Positions 11,801 to 21,358 of a DNA stretch of 64,000 nucleotides are shown here, one piece after another; positions within the stretch are counted from its first letter, which is position 1, and each line of letters begins with the position of its first letter. The notes below the pieces were generated by a model that saw nothing but the letters and a program-made list of their open reading frames with translations, was not told where the DNA came from and did not search any database. A program made the translations under genes and the position numbers. Where the stretch lies: positions 62,001 through 126,000 of the IMG/VR virus record IMGVR_UViG_3300042511_000879. The stretch is one strand, 5' to 3'.

Positions 11801-12535
11801 TAATTTGTTAAGCGTAAATAATTTAACAGTTTTAGTTTGGGTTGTTCCATCAATAACAACATTCTTTTGAGCATTGTCTATTTTAATAACATCAAAAAAC
11901 CCAGTGTATTGGATCTTTCTAATAGGCATATCAATAACTTGAGAATCTAAATAGTACACAAAGTTATTATTGGTCAATTGCGTTTTAAAATCAGAGTAAA
12001 CAAGTTCACTTCCTCCTTTATAAAGTTCATCAAATGCAGTGATTGAAGCCAGATCATTTTCATTGAATATGAATCTTTCAACATATACCTTTTCAGTTTC
12101 TACTGGAATTTGTTTGCTTACATCTAAATTAATTGTAAGTAATGGATTTAAAAAGTTTTCAAAGAAATCATTTAACTTAGTTGAAAACTGGGTAGGAGAT
12201 GCAAGAGTTGTAATAGAAGGAGATGGTCCTTTTAATCTAGAAGTATGGATAGTTCTAAAAGAACCGTCTTTTAATCTAACATTTGCATTTGAACCTTCAA
12301 GCCCACTAATTGAACTCAAATTACTATTCAAACGATCAATTTCTCTTTTCAAGTACCCAAATGCAGGTATTTGAATAGTTTCCATTGTATTCGTTTTACT
12401 ATTGAAAAGGTCAATACTAACAGTTTCCTTATCAGTAGTTATAGCTTCATTAATTCTTTTAAATGTTTCTAGTGAGTTAGTGTTTAACTCAAGAAACTGT
12501 TCAAGTAATTGTGATATTGAATTGCTAGCGCTCAT
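8861..12535 (-). CDS. Large virion structural protein with central coiled coil (1224 aa)
   Basis: Long ORF; heptad-like segment KIKQLKSDKSSTEQSLKQLDESIKQKK; structural context. Confidence 0.55.
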   Translation of the reverse strand: MSASNSISQLLEQFLELNTNSLETFKRINEAITTDKETVSIDLFNSKTNTMETIQIPAFGYLKREIDRLNSNLSSISGLEGSNANVRLKDGSFRTIHTSRLKGPSPSITTLASPTQFSTKLNDFFENFLNPLLTINLDVSKQIPVETEKVYVERFIFNENDLASITAFDELYKGGSELVYSDFKTQLTNNNFVYYLDSQVIDMPIRKIQYTGFFDVIKIDNAQKNVVIDGTTQTKTVKLFTLNKLTFTDSTKTLKDTETLKTGDSLIVNSGNYRTRYQILSIDTSTTQVELLLLEGSESIKLGVNSLGIYKAVDTDLNIEINVAFNERQVIFVKPIDPISKIPAENFSPGVGFYSNSLEMNDEAGNKMTLAEYYKNEVADFGQFLKSLKVDYIPPAASGITPTPPVINVENFKVVQINKHLTDNTTTDKIKQLKSDKSSTEQSLKQLDESIKQKKSLINTKKFASQAESDTHKNELSSLISQRESESKLFSSTVSEIKSSAESADLQTASPKYKVRGFWAVPEPKTIGNQVSQEVVQFKIRYRYVSTSGKTSTIDQIKFVDATNQTEKTAAFSNWVEVSGPVRKRAMDANGKYGWILESEEDANAVNFNSFDISINPGEVVEFMIKSISEAGFPANPLESDWSEIQKIEFPQGEINTDNLGNVIKANELDLLKVQIQQDLESAGVYKHVGESFTVGSQTFAHSANTIASGFITDTQAPITVYEKLLALQNEVLSLRAVIEKTTGELLVRIIDENGNVTPVTNNSTVQLFAGYYSQEIPAVNGKGAIVTKNFKIELSNTKATDLELISRIVGDTTLPAPVSSSNTKFGLGTGIASIDPIYGSNSYYTVEGRYDLVPVMYQNITDLTKDYLNSGPDQSSQLKGQFIYSRFRNIANDDNLYVITEGVDGNINTAIDSGTNSAYDLYEYGISYTFPTVPPSGTNGFKNFNGINGTPFAPLSSSPNDFVWSGSYAASTGIPEKIAIGVPTTMSYLQYTNGIYLHVDHPLLQSGTNSPSLGNIASNGTVGMPKTASLRATDLNGKKQTPLRIIDTISNTNIAGLRQTGKAGFSPEDQYLLGGRSCGSFLYISPLNTNSLVVDASNKSGKKLIPGGSANAVSVDLVYQYRMTDYYGPKATGTGRVGGVLDNTFTNLSYAKKIGIDIIDFGSNDFKFDIEVTSKYAAEGRNINNVTSTMLTKYQNNYQPGRGRRRYLSDDFLNLSFPDINNY

Positions 12536-12536
12536 A

Positions 12537-14489
12537 TTATCTTATTATTTCAAGTTCAAATGTCTTGTTTATTTCATCTACACATATTAATTCAAAGTAA
12601 GGTTTTTGGCTTAAAATATTACTACTATCTATAGAAGCCTTTAAAACATAACTATTGTTTTTATCCGTGTATATATTTATTTTGTAATTTCCTAAAGTTG
12701 GAATTCCAATCGGTATTTGATTTTTAAAAGAAAACTTAATAGTTTGCCCATTTTTCCAAGTATTAATACTATCATCTAGGTATATATTCAAGTCTCCGGT
12801 CATTGTATTATTATCCGTATTAATTCTAATTAGATTCTCAAATGGTCGTATTCTTGTAATTAAACCAGTAGATGCAGCAAGATTTAAGTTAAATAAATTA
12901 CTTGGAGCAATTAAAGAACCAGATATTCCTGGGATAAATTCATAATTAAAAATAGAATTTAATGTATATCCATTATTGTCATTAACTATCTTAATCATAC
13001 TAGGGTTTGATTTGTCGATTTTTACCCCATCACCTGCTGCAAGTACATTAGTATTATATTGTATTTCGGTTGGAATAACTCCACTAATCATTTGATTCAA
13101 CCTAGTGTTTACCGAAGTAATCATATCTAAGATTGAAGTTGACGATGCATAATTTAAAGATGCATTTTCAATTGTAGTTTCAAGTGATGAGATTCTTTCA
13201 GAAAAATCAGTTGAAGTGCTATATGCCATTAAATTTTCTAGTTCAGCCACTCTTTGTGCAATTGCAGCATAAGAATTTCCAGCATCAACCAGTAATTTAG
13301 CAGCATTTTCAAGAGCAGTTGTCGTATCCAAGAAAATATCCATGGAAAACGTAGAATAGTCATTTATATTCATTTCAACTCCTACATTATCTAATGAAGA
13401 GTTAAATTTTACATTTAACTTAAGAGCAAACGCATTTCCATTTAAACCAGTAACATCGTTTGGTTTGTATTTAGAAAGTTCAGGTATGTACATGCCTGAA
13501 CTTGCTGGATCGTCTTTAAAGTTATCTAATATTAATATACCATAAAGATTTGTAGACTTATTAGAAATATTTGATTTTGAATATAGGTCATAATAAACTA
13601 ATATTGCATTAAATCTAAAGTCTCCTCCTCTTTTAGAAAATTCTTGAAAATTATTTAATTTAGGGTCATTTGCAATTTTAGAATATACTGTTGAATTCCA
13701 TTCAATACCATAATTGTATAAGTCAACCGGATCTATATTGATTTTGCCATTTGCATTATCAGCAAGAGCATCTAAATTTAAGAAAGCATCAGGATGTGTT
13801 TGTCCACCTCTTCCATTAATAACACCGGTTCCTAAACTAACATCATATGATGTTGCAGTTGTATTATAAGGAGTTGATTTGAATAATATTTCTGGAGTAT
13901 ATCCTACTGAAGATGGTACATTTACAAATATTTCATTGTACGTATTTCCTTGATAATTTTTATCATTTGAAACATCGATATTTCCAATATACTTTACAAC
14001 TCTAGAATAACTATTACCAGTATCTGTTGTATCTTCATTTTCTATAGCTCTAGAATACCCACTTACAACTTGCTGTGAATTCGCAGTTTTAACTTCGAAT
14101 GCACCTAAATGATGCAACCACTTAAATAATATCTTTTCAGCATCGGTAGAATAAATTGCACTATCAAAATCATCATCCGTTAGGATAAAATTCTCAAAAT
14201 TAAGTGCATAGTTTTGTAAAGTTTGCGCGAAATGAACATTTGCATCTGAAGATGTTACTGGAGTATTATACGGATCTCCGGAAGCTTGATATAAGTTTTC
14301 AAATTGAATAAAGTTTGCTCCGGTGACTCCAGGATCTGATACAACTGGGATATCTATCAATGCAAACTTAGAGTACTCAAAATTTATATCAGGATTATAA
14401 TAAGCCCTTGTTAAATCTCGAGCAGCACTTGAAAATGCATACATAGTACCTCCCTGTTCTTGGGGTATTCTTATTAATGGTGTTGCCAT
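12537..14489 (-). CDS. Virion structural protein (650 aa)
   Basis: Long ORF in the structural block with a short coiled coil (IAQRVAELENL...RISSLETTIEN). Confidence 0.5.
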   Translation of the reverse strand: MATPLIRIPQEQGGTMYAFSSAARDLTRAYYNPDINFEYSKFALIDIPVVSDPGVTGANFIQFENLYQASGDPYNTPVTSSDANVHFAQTLQNYALNFENFILTDDDFDSAIYSTDAEKILFKWLHHLGAFEVKTANSQQVVSGYSRAIENEDTTDTGNSYSRVVKYIGNIDVSNDKNYQGNTYNEIFVNVPSSVGYTPEILFKSTPYNTTATSYDVSLGTGVINGRGGQTHPDAFLNLDALADNANGKINIDPVDLYNYGIEWNSTVYSKIANDPKLNNFQEFSKRGGDFRFNAILVYYDLYSKSNISNKSTNLYGILILDNFKDDPASSGMYIPELSKYKPNDVTGLNGNAFALKLNVKFNSSLDNVGVEMNINDYSTFSMDIFLDTTTALENAAKLLVDAGNSYAAIAQRVAELENLMAYSTSTDFSERISSLETTIENASLNYASSTSILDMITSVNTRLNQMISGVIPTEIQYNTNVLAAGDGVKIDKSNPSMIKIVNDNNGYTLNSIFNYEFIPGISGSLIAPSNLFNLNLAASTGLITRIRPFENLIRINTDNNTMTGDLNIYLDDSINTWKNGQTIKFSFKNQIPIGIPTLGNYKINIYTDKNNSYVLKASIDSSNILSQKPYFELICVDEINKTFELEIIR

Positions 14490-14508
14490 TTAAGCGATTT
14501 TGTTTTTA

Positions 14509-15072
14509 TTAGTATGTTATAGTGCAACGAACAGCAGATACTATGTAGAAATTTCCACTTATATATCTTAAAGTAATTGAACCATTTTGTAATATCACAA
14601 CATTCTGAGAAGGTCCAACTATATTAGTCTTGTCAAGCGTAATACTTCCTCCCTCTGCAATTAAGGTAATTTCTTGACCTTCATCTGCTGCTGCTAAAAG
14701 AATAGTAGTACTAAGCACAATTGCATTTAATACATAAGTTGTTTTATCATATGCAAGGGCAAGAGGAAGAGATATTGCATTATCATAAACAGAATGGATC
14801 AAGGCATTTCCAAGAACAACCTCTTTTGTAAACGTAGCTGATACGTTTGATATAACTTCTGTATTATTTACTTTAAATGCTTCTATACCACTATTAGTAA
14901 TACTTAAACTACCGCCTGTAATTTGTCCTGTTAATGAAAGAGTTTGTGATGTTGTATTAAATAACGAAGCAATATTTGCCAATTCTCCATTAAGGGCAGC
15001 AAAATTATTATTTAATACGATTCTAGATGAAGAAACGCTGTCGGTTCCTAAGATTGTTGTTATACTTGCCAT
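14509..15072 (-). CDS. Small fibre/baseplate-associated protein
   Basis: N-terminal RIVLNNNFAALN resembles the INxNF attachment motif of the fibre proteins; beta-rich body. Confidence 0.5.
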   Translation of the reverse strand: MASITTILGTDSVSSSRIVLNNNFAALNGELANIASLFNTTSQTLSLTGQITGGSLSITNSGIEAFKVNNTEVISNVSATFTKEVVLGNALIHSVYDNAISLPLALAYDKTTYVLNAIVLSTTILLAAADEGQEITLIAEGGSITLDKTNIVGPSQNVVILQNGSITLRYISGNFYIVSAVRCTITY

Positions 15073-15073
15073 T

Positions 15074-18037
15074 TTAAATGATTTTTAATATATTTTTATT
15101 TATTGTGTTTTTATTTCCATTCACGTCGGTCAATTCCAATTCAACAGTATAATCACCTTTGTGTTTAAATAGATATGTCAGCCATGTATTACTATAATAT
15201 ATATCATTTACATTCTCGTTATTATTTTTAAGTGTCCATTTCTGGGCAACGATTCCTGGCATATTCGTAGTATCGTATGAGAATGTAACGTGATTTAATC
15301 TTTTAACTTCCATGTGAGTATCAATAACGCATAGGTCTTGATAATTAGGATTAAAACTTTCAAAATGAATTTCAGAATCTGGAAGTATTTCACCACCTAA
15401 CGGATTATTAAAGCCAACACTAAAATAGTCATGCGTTCTTGAAGGTTCTTCAGATACTACTAACATATAGTTACATACATCTTCGGTACCATTAACATCA
15501 ACATCAACTAATATTGGGTTGTAATTAAATTTAGTTAATATTGGATGCACTACTGGGTCTAATTGAGAAAGCTCATTTGCGATAGCATTCCACGCGGTTA
15601 AATTTGTATTTGATGTAGGATATGCTGCTTGGATTTCATATGAATCAGTAATTAATAGATTTGAATTAACATCATATTGAGTTATATAAAAATTGTAACC
15701 ATTTGTGTATCCGTTAGATTGCAATAAATCCATCTTAAATGATGAGTTTATGTCGGCTCCAACTCTCGTCATATTCCAATTAATCTCGTCTCCATCTTCC
15801 CATAGTTGGGTTCTTAATTCTCTCCATTGATATGGCCCTGGAGTTTCAGCAAACCCAGATGTAGTAGTCGGATCGACATATCTTCTTACTGTAGAAAATT
15901 CCGGACCATCTTCTTCGTCGTGAACATAGTTTGCTCGGTCTAGAGTTAAATAATATGTTGCGATAACACTATCAACATCGATTGTATTCTCCCTAGCCCA
16001 ATCCCAGTCACTACCTGCAACATTATAAGAGTACTTGTACTCATTCCAGTTTAATTGAGGTAACATTTTTTGGAATATTCCGTAAACTTCAACATTTTTG
16101 TTTTTAACTTCAAAGTAGTCAGGTTTTCTATAAGAGCTTCGAACATTATATAGGTCAAATATAGACAATTCAACGGAATAGGTTCCAGCGTATGGAAGTA
16201 CTATAGGAAACTGTTGATATTGAGGGTGCCAAATATTTTCTTCGATAGGACCATTAAATACAGTTTCATAGTAACCGACAGGTCCTCTGAAGGATTTTGA
16301 ATAACCTCTAGGTCCAAGTATTGTCCATTCTAATTCATAAATTCCCTGTCTCCACCAGTTATCCCATGTTAATAAGTTATATTGCTCATTTGCATATAAA
16401 TAATCATAATTAGTAAAGTTTATGGTTGGAGGTGTACCTACAGGTACGCCAGTAGGGCATGAATTTCCAAGACATGTTGTATTAGGTCTAACTCCAGTAG
16501 CATTTGTAGGATGCGGTGGAAAATCTTCGAAAAAATTATATCCAACAGCACCGCCTACGTAATCTTTACCTGAATCTAACCATGTAAATTCCGCAGAATC
16601 CCAACTTCCTATAAATGAGTCCGCATTTAAAATAATAGGACAACCTACTGGAATTCCAACAAGAGTATTAAAACTTGATAGTTCATCAATATAATATCCA
16701 TTATAGAAATTTATTATAGATTCCGAAATGATTTCTCTATCATCAATACCAATAGCACTAAAGTCTTGATTAATTCCTGTTAATTGCCAATCAACCTTTC
16801 TTAAGTCTTCAATATACAACTGTCTATCCTCAGGGTATCTACTAAAGTCAACCTTCTGTCCAGCGGTTTGGTCTTTAATAACATGCTGATTATTCCAAAC
16901 GTTTAAATTAAATTGTGCAAAGTAATCACCTTCTCCAGTAATATCTACGATTTTAGCTTGAAGAGGTAAATATGTCGCTTGCAGTTTATTCTTAAGTCCA
17001 TATAGTTTTATAAGTACTTCATCTGGGCTATAATCAACAGACTCAACTACAGTTGGAATATCCCACTCGTCGACATTACCATCAGCCTCATTTAATCGGT
17101 AGACAAGAGAAAATCTGCTAGTCTTTTTTAAATTTGAACTTGGTAATTGGTTTCCATTATTTTTATTTGCAAGAAATCCAACAGTATCTTGATTTGGAAG
17201 GGCAACTGCTTGCAGTTTTCCAAAGTTTTCTGCTTGTTCATTAATATTCAACCAATATTCTTTGATTGTTATTTTATTGTAACCGTAAAAATCGATAGCA
17301 TTTAAGAGAGCTTTATAAGTACCGACAAATGGTTGTATTTGAGATGCTTGTAATAGGAGTTCTTTTCTTTTTTGATTCATTAAAATCCAGTCTGGAGACA
17401 TCTCCAAAATGTTTGAATCTTTAAGTATGATATACTCTTCCTCGGATAGGGACATTCCCATATTTGATAAAAGAACCGATAATCTTTCGTCTTCAGATTC
17501 CGTCTCTCCATAGATTCTTATGCTTGCAATTAATACTTCTGGATCGCCATCTGCTATTTCATAAATATCAAGGATTCTTGTATGGTAATTATCTTCCTCA
17601 CTCATAAGAGCAATGTTACACTTAACGGGAATCATTGGAATATTACTACTAATAATTTTAAAACCATCAGAGTTTGTTCCTACTGCAGTATTTGCGTTTA
17701 ATATAGTATGAGTTTGAATATCATCTTTTTGAATTTCAAGAACTCCATTATTATTTTTAGCACTGTACATAAATATGTCCTCGCTAAATTCATAACCGCT
17801 AAAAAATTTGAATTTAAAAGTACTGGTAGTATTTCCAGTTCCGATTGGAGTAATAAACTTATCGCCTCCTAATTCACCTTGAACCTGCTCTAATATGTAT
17901 ATTGTTAGGGTTTCATATAGTCCAGTAGACACTTTCGGTAAATAACAAACTCCCTCCCATATATTCGTATCTGAATTATATAGGAGGTTTAGGTCATTTG
18001 ATTCACTATCAAAAAATCTTAAATTTTGATTTGCCAT
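15074..18037 (-). CDS. Baseplate wedge-type protein with C-terminal PKD/Ig-like domain
   Basis: GTYKALLNAIDFYG motif typical of wedge (gp7/gpI-like) proteins; C-terminal YLFKHKGDYTVELELTDVNGN is PKD-like; follows the gp6-like gene. Confidence 0.6.
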   Translation of the reverse strand: MANQNLRFFDSESNDLNLLYNSDTNIWEGVCYLPKVSTGLYETLTIYILEQVQGELGGDKFITPIGTGNTTSTFKFKFFSGYEFSEDIFMYSAKNNNGVLEIQKDDIQTHTILNANTAVGTNSDGFKIISSNIPMIPVKCNIALMSEEDNYHTRILDIYEIADGDPEVLIASIRIYGETESEDERLSVLLSNMGMSLSEEEYIILKDSNILEMSPDWILMNQKRKELLLQASQIQPFVGTYKALLNAIDFYGYNKITIKEYWLNINEQAENFGKLQAVALPNQDTVGFLANKNNGNQLPSSNLKKTSRFSLVYRLNEADGNVDEWDIPTVVESVDYSPDEVLIKLYGLKNKLQATYLPLQAKIVDITGEGDYFAQFNLNVWNNQHVIKDQTAGQKVDFSRYPEDRQLYIEDLRKVDWQLTGINQDFSAIGIDDREIISESIINFYNGYYIDELSSFNTLVGIPVGCPIILNADSFIGSWDSAEFTWLDSGKDYVGGAVGYNFFEDFPPHPTNATGVRPNTTCLGNSCPTGVPVGTPPTINFTNYDYLYANEQYNLLTWDNWWRQGIYELEWTILGPRGYSKSFRGPVGYYETVFNGPIEENIWHPQYQQFPIVLPYAGTYSVELSIFDLYNVRSSYRKPDYFEVKNKNVEVYGIFQKMLPQLNWNEYKYSYNVAGSDWDWARENTIDVDSVIATYYLTLDRANYVHDEEDGPEFSTVRRYVDPTTTSGFAETPGPYQWRELRTQLWEDGDEINWNMTRVGADINSSFKMDLLQSNGYTNGYNFYITQYDVNSNLLITDSYEIQAAYPTSNTNLTAWNAIANELSQLDPVVHPILTKFNYNPILVDVDVNGTEDVCNYMLVVSEEPSRTHDYFSVGFNNPLGGEILPDSEIHFESFNPNYQDLCVIDTHMEVKRLNHVTFSYDTTNMPGIVAQKWTLKNNNENVNDIYYSNTWLTYLFKHKGDYTVELELTDVNGNKNTINKNILKII

Positions 18038-18039
18038 TC

Positions 18040-18309
18040 TTATTTAACTTTTTTATCGTCTTTTCTAATTGTGTATGATTTATATGCCTTTAAATACGTT
18101 ACAGAATCAACCCAATCAGCGACAACATGTTGCATCATCACTATAAAATCATACATTGTATTATTTCGTTGTATGTATTTTGATAACGAATTACTTAATA
18201 TATTTGTTCGATAATCATTACCTTCATGTAATCTTTTGTCCATTGCTGAAAGTCGAGTATCATAACTTTTTACTTTACGAACTTTAAATAAATTACTTAA
18301 AATACCCAT
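18040..18309 (-). CDS. Hypothetical protein in baseplate operon
   Basis: Fills the gap between flanking genes; start overlaps the upstream stop (18309). Confidence 0.55.
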   Translation of the reverse strand: MGILSNLFKVRKVKSYDTRLSAMDKRLHEGNDYRTNILSNSLSKYIQRNNTMYDFIVMMQHVVADWVDSVTYLKAYKSYTIRKDDKKVK

Positions 18310-20129
18310 TACAATGCTTTTCTATTTTGAGCTTGAATTCTACTGAAAACAGTGTTTGGAACTGCAGGTTCATCAAAATAAACCGATAGTGCTGCCATCT
18401 CTCCAACTTTAGCATCATCTAAAACTGGTGCACCATCTCGATCTACCCATCCTCCTCTGAATAGAGCAACTTCTTCTTTCTCTAAAAGAATATCTCCAAA
18501 AGAGTCTAAATTAATTACATTTTCTGGAAGTGCGGCATTTGGTTCAAAGTTAACCAATGTTGTTTTTACATTTCTTTTAAAGAAAACGTATTTTTGTTTT
18601 CCATTTCCAATATCCTCAAGAGTTGTAGTTGATGGAGTTACCGTAACCGTGTCACTTACATAATATCCTAGTCTTCTAGCTGTCTCCTCCTTTTCAGAAA
18701 CAAATCTAACATTCACTGAGTCGATTCCTTCAATTCCTTCTAATAGGGCAATAATGTCCGATTTTGGTAAACGGTCTCTTCGCGTGATACTAATTAAGTA
18801 TTGAGATATTTTAGTTCTTATTTCTCCAAATAGGTTAATCTTATTAAATCCTTCAAAATATCTTACCTTAACATCCATTCTAAAATATTGAACTTTAGGT
18901 TCTACAATTTTAACTTCAGTAGTTACCATTTGTCTACCTGAATTTTCTAAAGTTCTAAGAATTCCATTCTTTTCCTCTTCTGAGAAAAAGAACTCCTCTT
19001 TATGCAGATTAAAATAGTCATTATTTTTAGTTAACTTTCTTTTTGTATCTGGCAACATGAATAGGTAAATCACATTGTCGTCATCAATATATCCGTCATC
19101 CGTAGTATTGTAAGCATCTAGGTATGAGAACATACCATATTTCGATAGAAATGACTCATAATTGTCTGGAGTTGCCAATACAAATGAGTGACTTTGTAAA
19201 GGTGCAATTAATTTTGTAAGTTCTATACTTTCAGGGTCAGAGCCCATTGTAGGTGAAACTGTAAATGAAGACTCTAATAATTTATTTAAGTCACACGAAT
19301 TTCCAAGAGAATCAAACCCTTCAGTTTGAAATTTAAAATTAAGGTCTTTAGAACCTGTTAAATTACCTTTGATACCGTCTGAGACAATATATTCAACATC
19401 AATAGAAGAGCCTAGAGGTGGAATCATTCCAAATGAACCATTACCAAAATAAATATCTAGACCTCCAGTGATTCCTGTTTTAACAAGATACCCCTTAGTG
19501 CCGACTTGCATGTCATATAGTGAATCATATTTACTCCACAATTCGCTATTAACGCTAATTCGAACAGAGTCATTGTCTGTGTTCTTTTTGATAATTACAT
19601 TAAACGATTGTAGTTTTTCACCGGAACCTGTTAGAGTTTGTTTTTCAATTTTACCCTGGATAACCGGTATGTATATATAATCAGGACTACTTTTTTGAAT
19701 TATAAACTGATCATTGTTTGTTCTTAAGATATATTCCAGACCGTTTTTACTTGCCTTAATTACTGAATTTGCAGGAATATTTAAAGTATCTCCTTCAATA
19801 TCATTAAATGCGCTAGTATTTAATCTTATTTTTAATTCACCTAAGGCAGATGAACCTCTAAATGCATCATGTCCTGCAAGTCTTGCAAGTCCATATATAG
19901 ATTCTGGGTCTTGAGCGGTTAATATGTTTTGTTCAACAGTAGCATCTTCAATATAAAAGAATACTAAATTAGTAATTTCGGCTAGTACTTCAAGTATTTG
20001 AGAATATGGCGAAGCTGTTGTAAATAAATCGCTTGATCGCCCATATACTCTCGAAATATATGTTCGAGTATCGGCAATCATTTCAGTAGCCTTAATTCTG
20101 GCCTTTGATAAAAATTTTAATTCAGTCAT
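18309..20129 (-). CDS. Baseplate wedge subunit, T4 gp6-like (baseplate J family)
   Basis: LARLAGHDA, IQGKIEKQT, IYFGNGSFGMIPP, VEYIVSDGIKGN and LATPDNYE motifs match gp6/BplJ-type wedge proteins. Confidence 0.8.
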   Translation of the reverse strand: MTELKFLSKARIKATEMIADTRTYISRVYGRSSDLFTTASPYSQILEVLAEITNLVFFYIEDATVEQNILTAQDPESIYGLARLAGHDAFRGSSALGELKIRLNTSAFNDIEGDTLNIPANSVIKASKNGLEYILRTNNDQFIIQKSSPDYIYIPVIQGKIEKQTLTGSGEKLQSFNVIIKKNTDNDSVRISVNSELWSKYDSLYDMQVGTKGYLVKTGITGGLDIYFGNGSFGMIPPLGSSIDVEYIVSDGIKGNLTGSKDLNFKFQTEGFDSLGNSCDLNKLLESSFTVSPTMGSDPESIELTKLIAPLQSHSFVLATPDNYESFLSKYGMFSYLDAYNTTDDGYIDDDNVIYLFMLPDTKRKLTKNNDYFNLHKEEFFFSEEEKNGILRTLENSGRQMVTTEVKIVEPKVQYFRMDVKVRYFEGFNKINLFGEIRTKISQYLISITRRDRLPKSDIIALLEGIEGIDSVNVRFVSEKEETARRLGYYVSDTVTVTPSTTTLEDIGNGKQKYVFFKRNVKTTLVNFEPNAALPENVINLDSFGDILLEKEEVALFRGGWVDRDGAPVLDDAKVGEMAALSVYFDEPAVPNTVFSRIQAQNRKAL

Positions 20130-20142
20130 CTCATTTATTTTT

Positions 20143-20496
20143 TTATATAGCGATTGTTATTCCAAACCTATAGTCAATAGATATATCTATAAAAACCATA
20201 TTTTTTTCGGTTAATTCGGCAAATTCAACAGTAACATGAACTGGTATTTTTGCAGCTAGTGGAATATATCGCGAAATAGCACTTTGAACTACCCCTTGTA
20301 ACATTGTATCATTATACATAAAAGAATATACATAATCTTCAAGATTAAGGCCAAATTCAGGGTCTCCCATCACATCGCCTTTTTCGGTAAATACCAATGT
20401 TTCGATTTGAGATATTATTAATGCAATATCTTCGTCGATCTGTAATTGGTCTTCGTCGTAATTAGGGTCTTCTAGTGATTTTATGTACAATTCCAT
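20143..20496 (-). CDS. Baseplate wedge subunit, gp25-like (start revised to MELYIK at 20496)
   Basis: LVFTEKGDVMGDPEFGLNLEDYVY is the gp25/GPW signature. The track start (20562) overlaps the neck gene; the ATG at 20496 has a late-type AATATATA motif at 20502-20509. Confidence 0.8.
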   Translation of the reverse strand: MELYIKSLEDPNYDEDQLQIDEDIALIISQIETLVFTEKGDVMGDPEFGLNLEDYVYSFMYNDTMLQGVVQSAISRYIPLAAKIPVHVTVEFAELTEKNMVFIDISIDYRFGITIAI

Positions 20497-20512
20497 AATA
20501 GTATATATTTGT

Positions 20513-21343
20513 TTAAGAATGGAACATCCAGTCGGTACCTTCGTCGCTTTTAATTTCTTCAATTAGTGAAGATAGTTCATCTTCACCGAGCCCTTTAATT
20601 AGGTCAGGATTAATTTGAATATTTCCAGGAAGAGAGAATCCAAATATTCCAAGTTTTTGTCCTAGCGAAATTTTAATCTTTGCAGAACAATATCTAAAAA
20701 ATGCCTCATCTCCAAATAAAGCACATTCTGGAATTGTTTGATAAACTTTTAGAATTGTATCTTTTTTAGGAGTTTCTCCTGTGAATTTTAATTCATGCGT
20801 AAGTTGACTATAATGAAAACTATAAGGATTGTTAAAAATCTGTCGTGCTAAATCAAAAAACGATTCGTTGATTACGTAGTATTGTAAATTTTCTGCAGCC
20901 TGTCCCGTTTTAGAACCTCCATAAATTCCACCCATTAACATTCTTTCAATTGCAAAATCTCCTTGCGTAAAGTTAATATCCATACTTCCACCCCAAGAAC
21001 TTCCTCTTTCCATGATTGCAAATACTGAAAATACTTCACCACCACCCGATGTAAGGTCCATTCCTGGAAGAGTAAAACTTCTAGTTAATTTAAAATGAGG
21101 GGATTGAAACATCGCCGCTGGAATTACCAAGAAGTTTTCTTGAACTGAATACTCGTAATTTTTATAAAACCATTTCTTTGCTCTTTTAACTATATTCTGA
21201 ACCTCTGTTTTTGGAAGATTCATTGGAATCATACATGAACCTGTTATGTCAGCCGCAAGTTCATCTACAAATTTATTAAAACAGTCCGTATCCCATGTCG
21301 GATCTAGTAGACTTGAATTTCCAATCGCTGTTATATTACTCAT
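20513..21343 (-). CDS. Neck (head-tail adaptor) protein, T4 gp13-like
   Basis: C-terminal YCSAKIKISLGQKLGIFGFSLPGNIQIN resembles the gp13 motif YATAxxKxxWGQxLxKFxxQLPGGVTLN. Confidence 0.7.
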   Translation of the reverse strand: MSNITAIGNSSLLDPTWDTDCFNKFVDELAADITGSCMIPMNLPKTEVQNIVKRAKKWFYKNYEYSVQENFLVIPAAMFQSPHFKLTRSFTLPGMDLTSGGGEVFSVFAIMERGSSWGGSMDINFTQGDFAIERMLMGGIYGGSKTGQAAENLQYYVINESFFDLARQIFNNPYSFHYSQLTHELKFTGETPKKDTILKVYQTIPECALFGDEAFFRYCSAKIKISLGQKLGIFGFSLPGNIQINPDLIKGLGEDELSSLIEEIKSDEGTDWMFHS

Positions 21344-21358
21344 CTTTTTATTTTATTT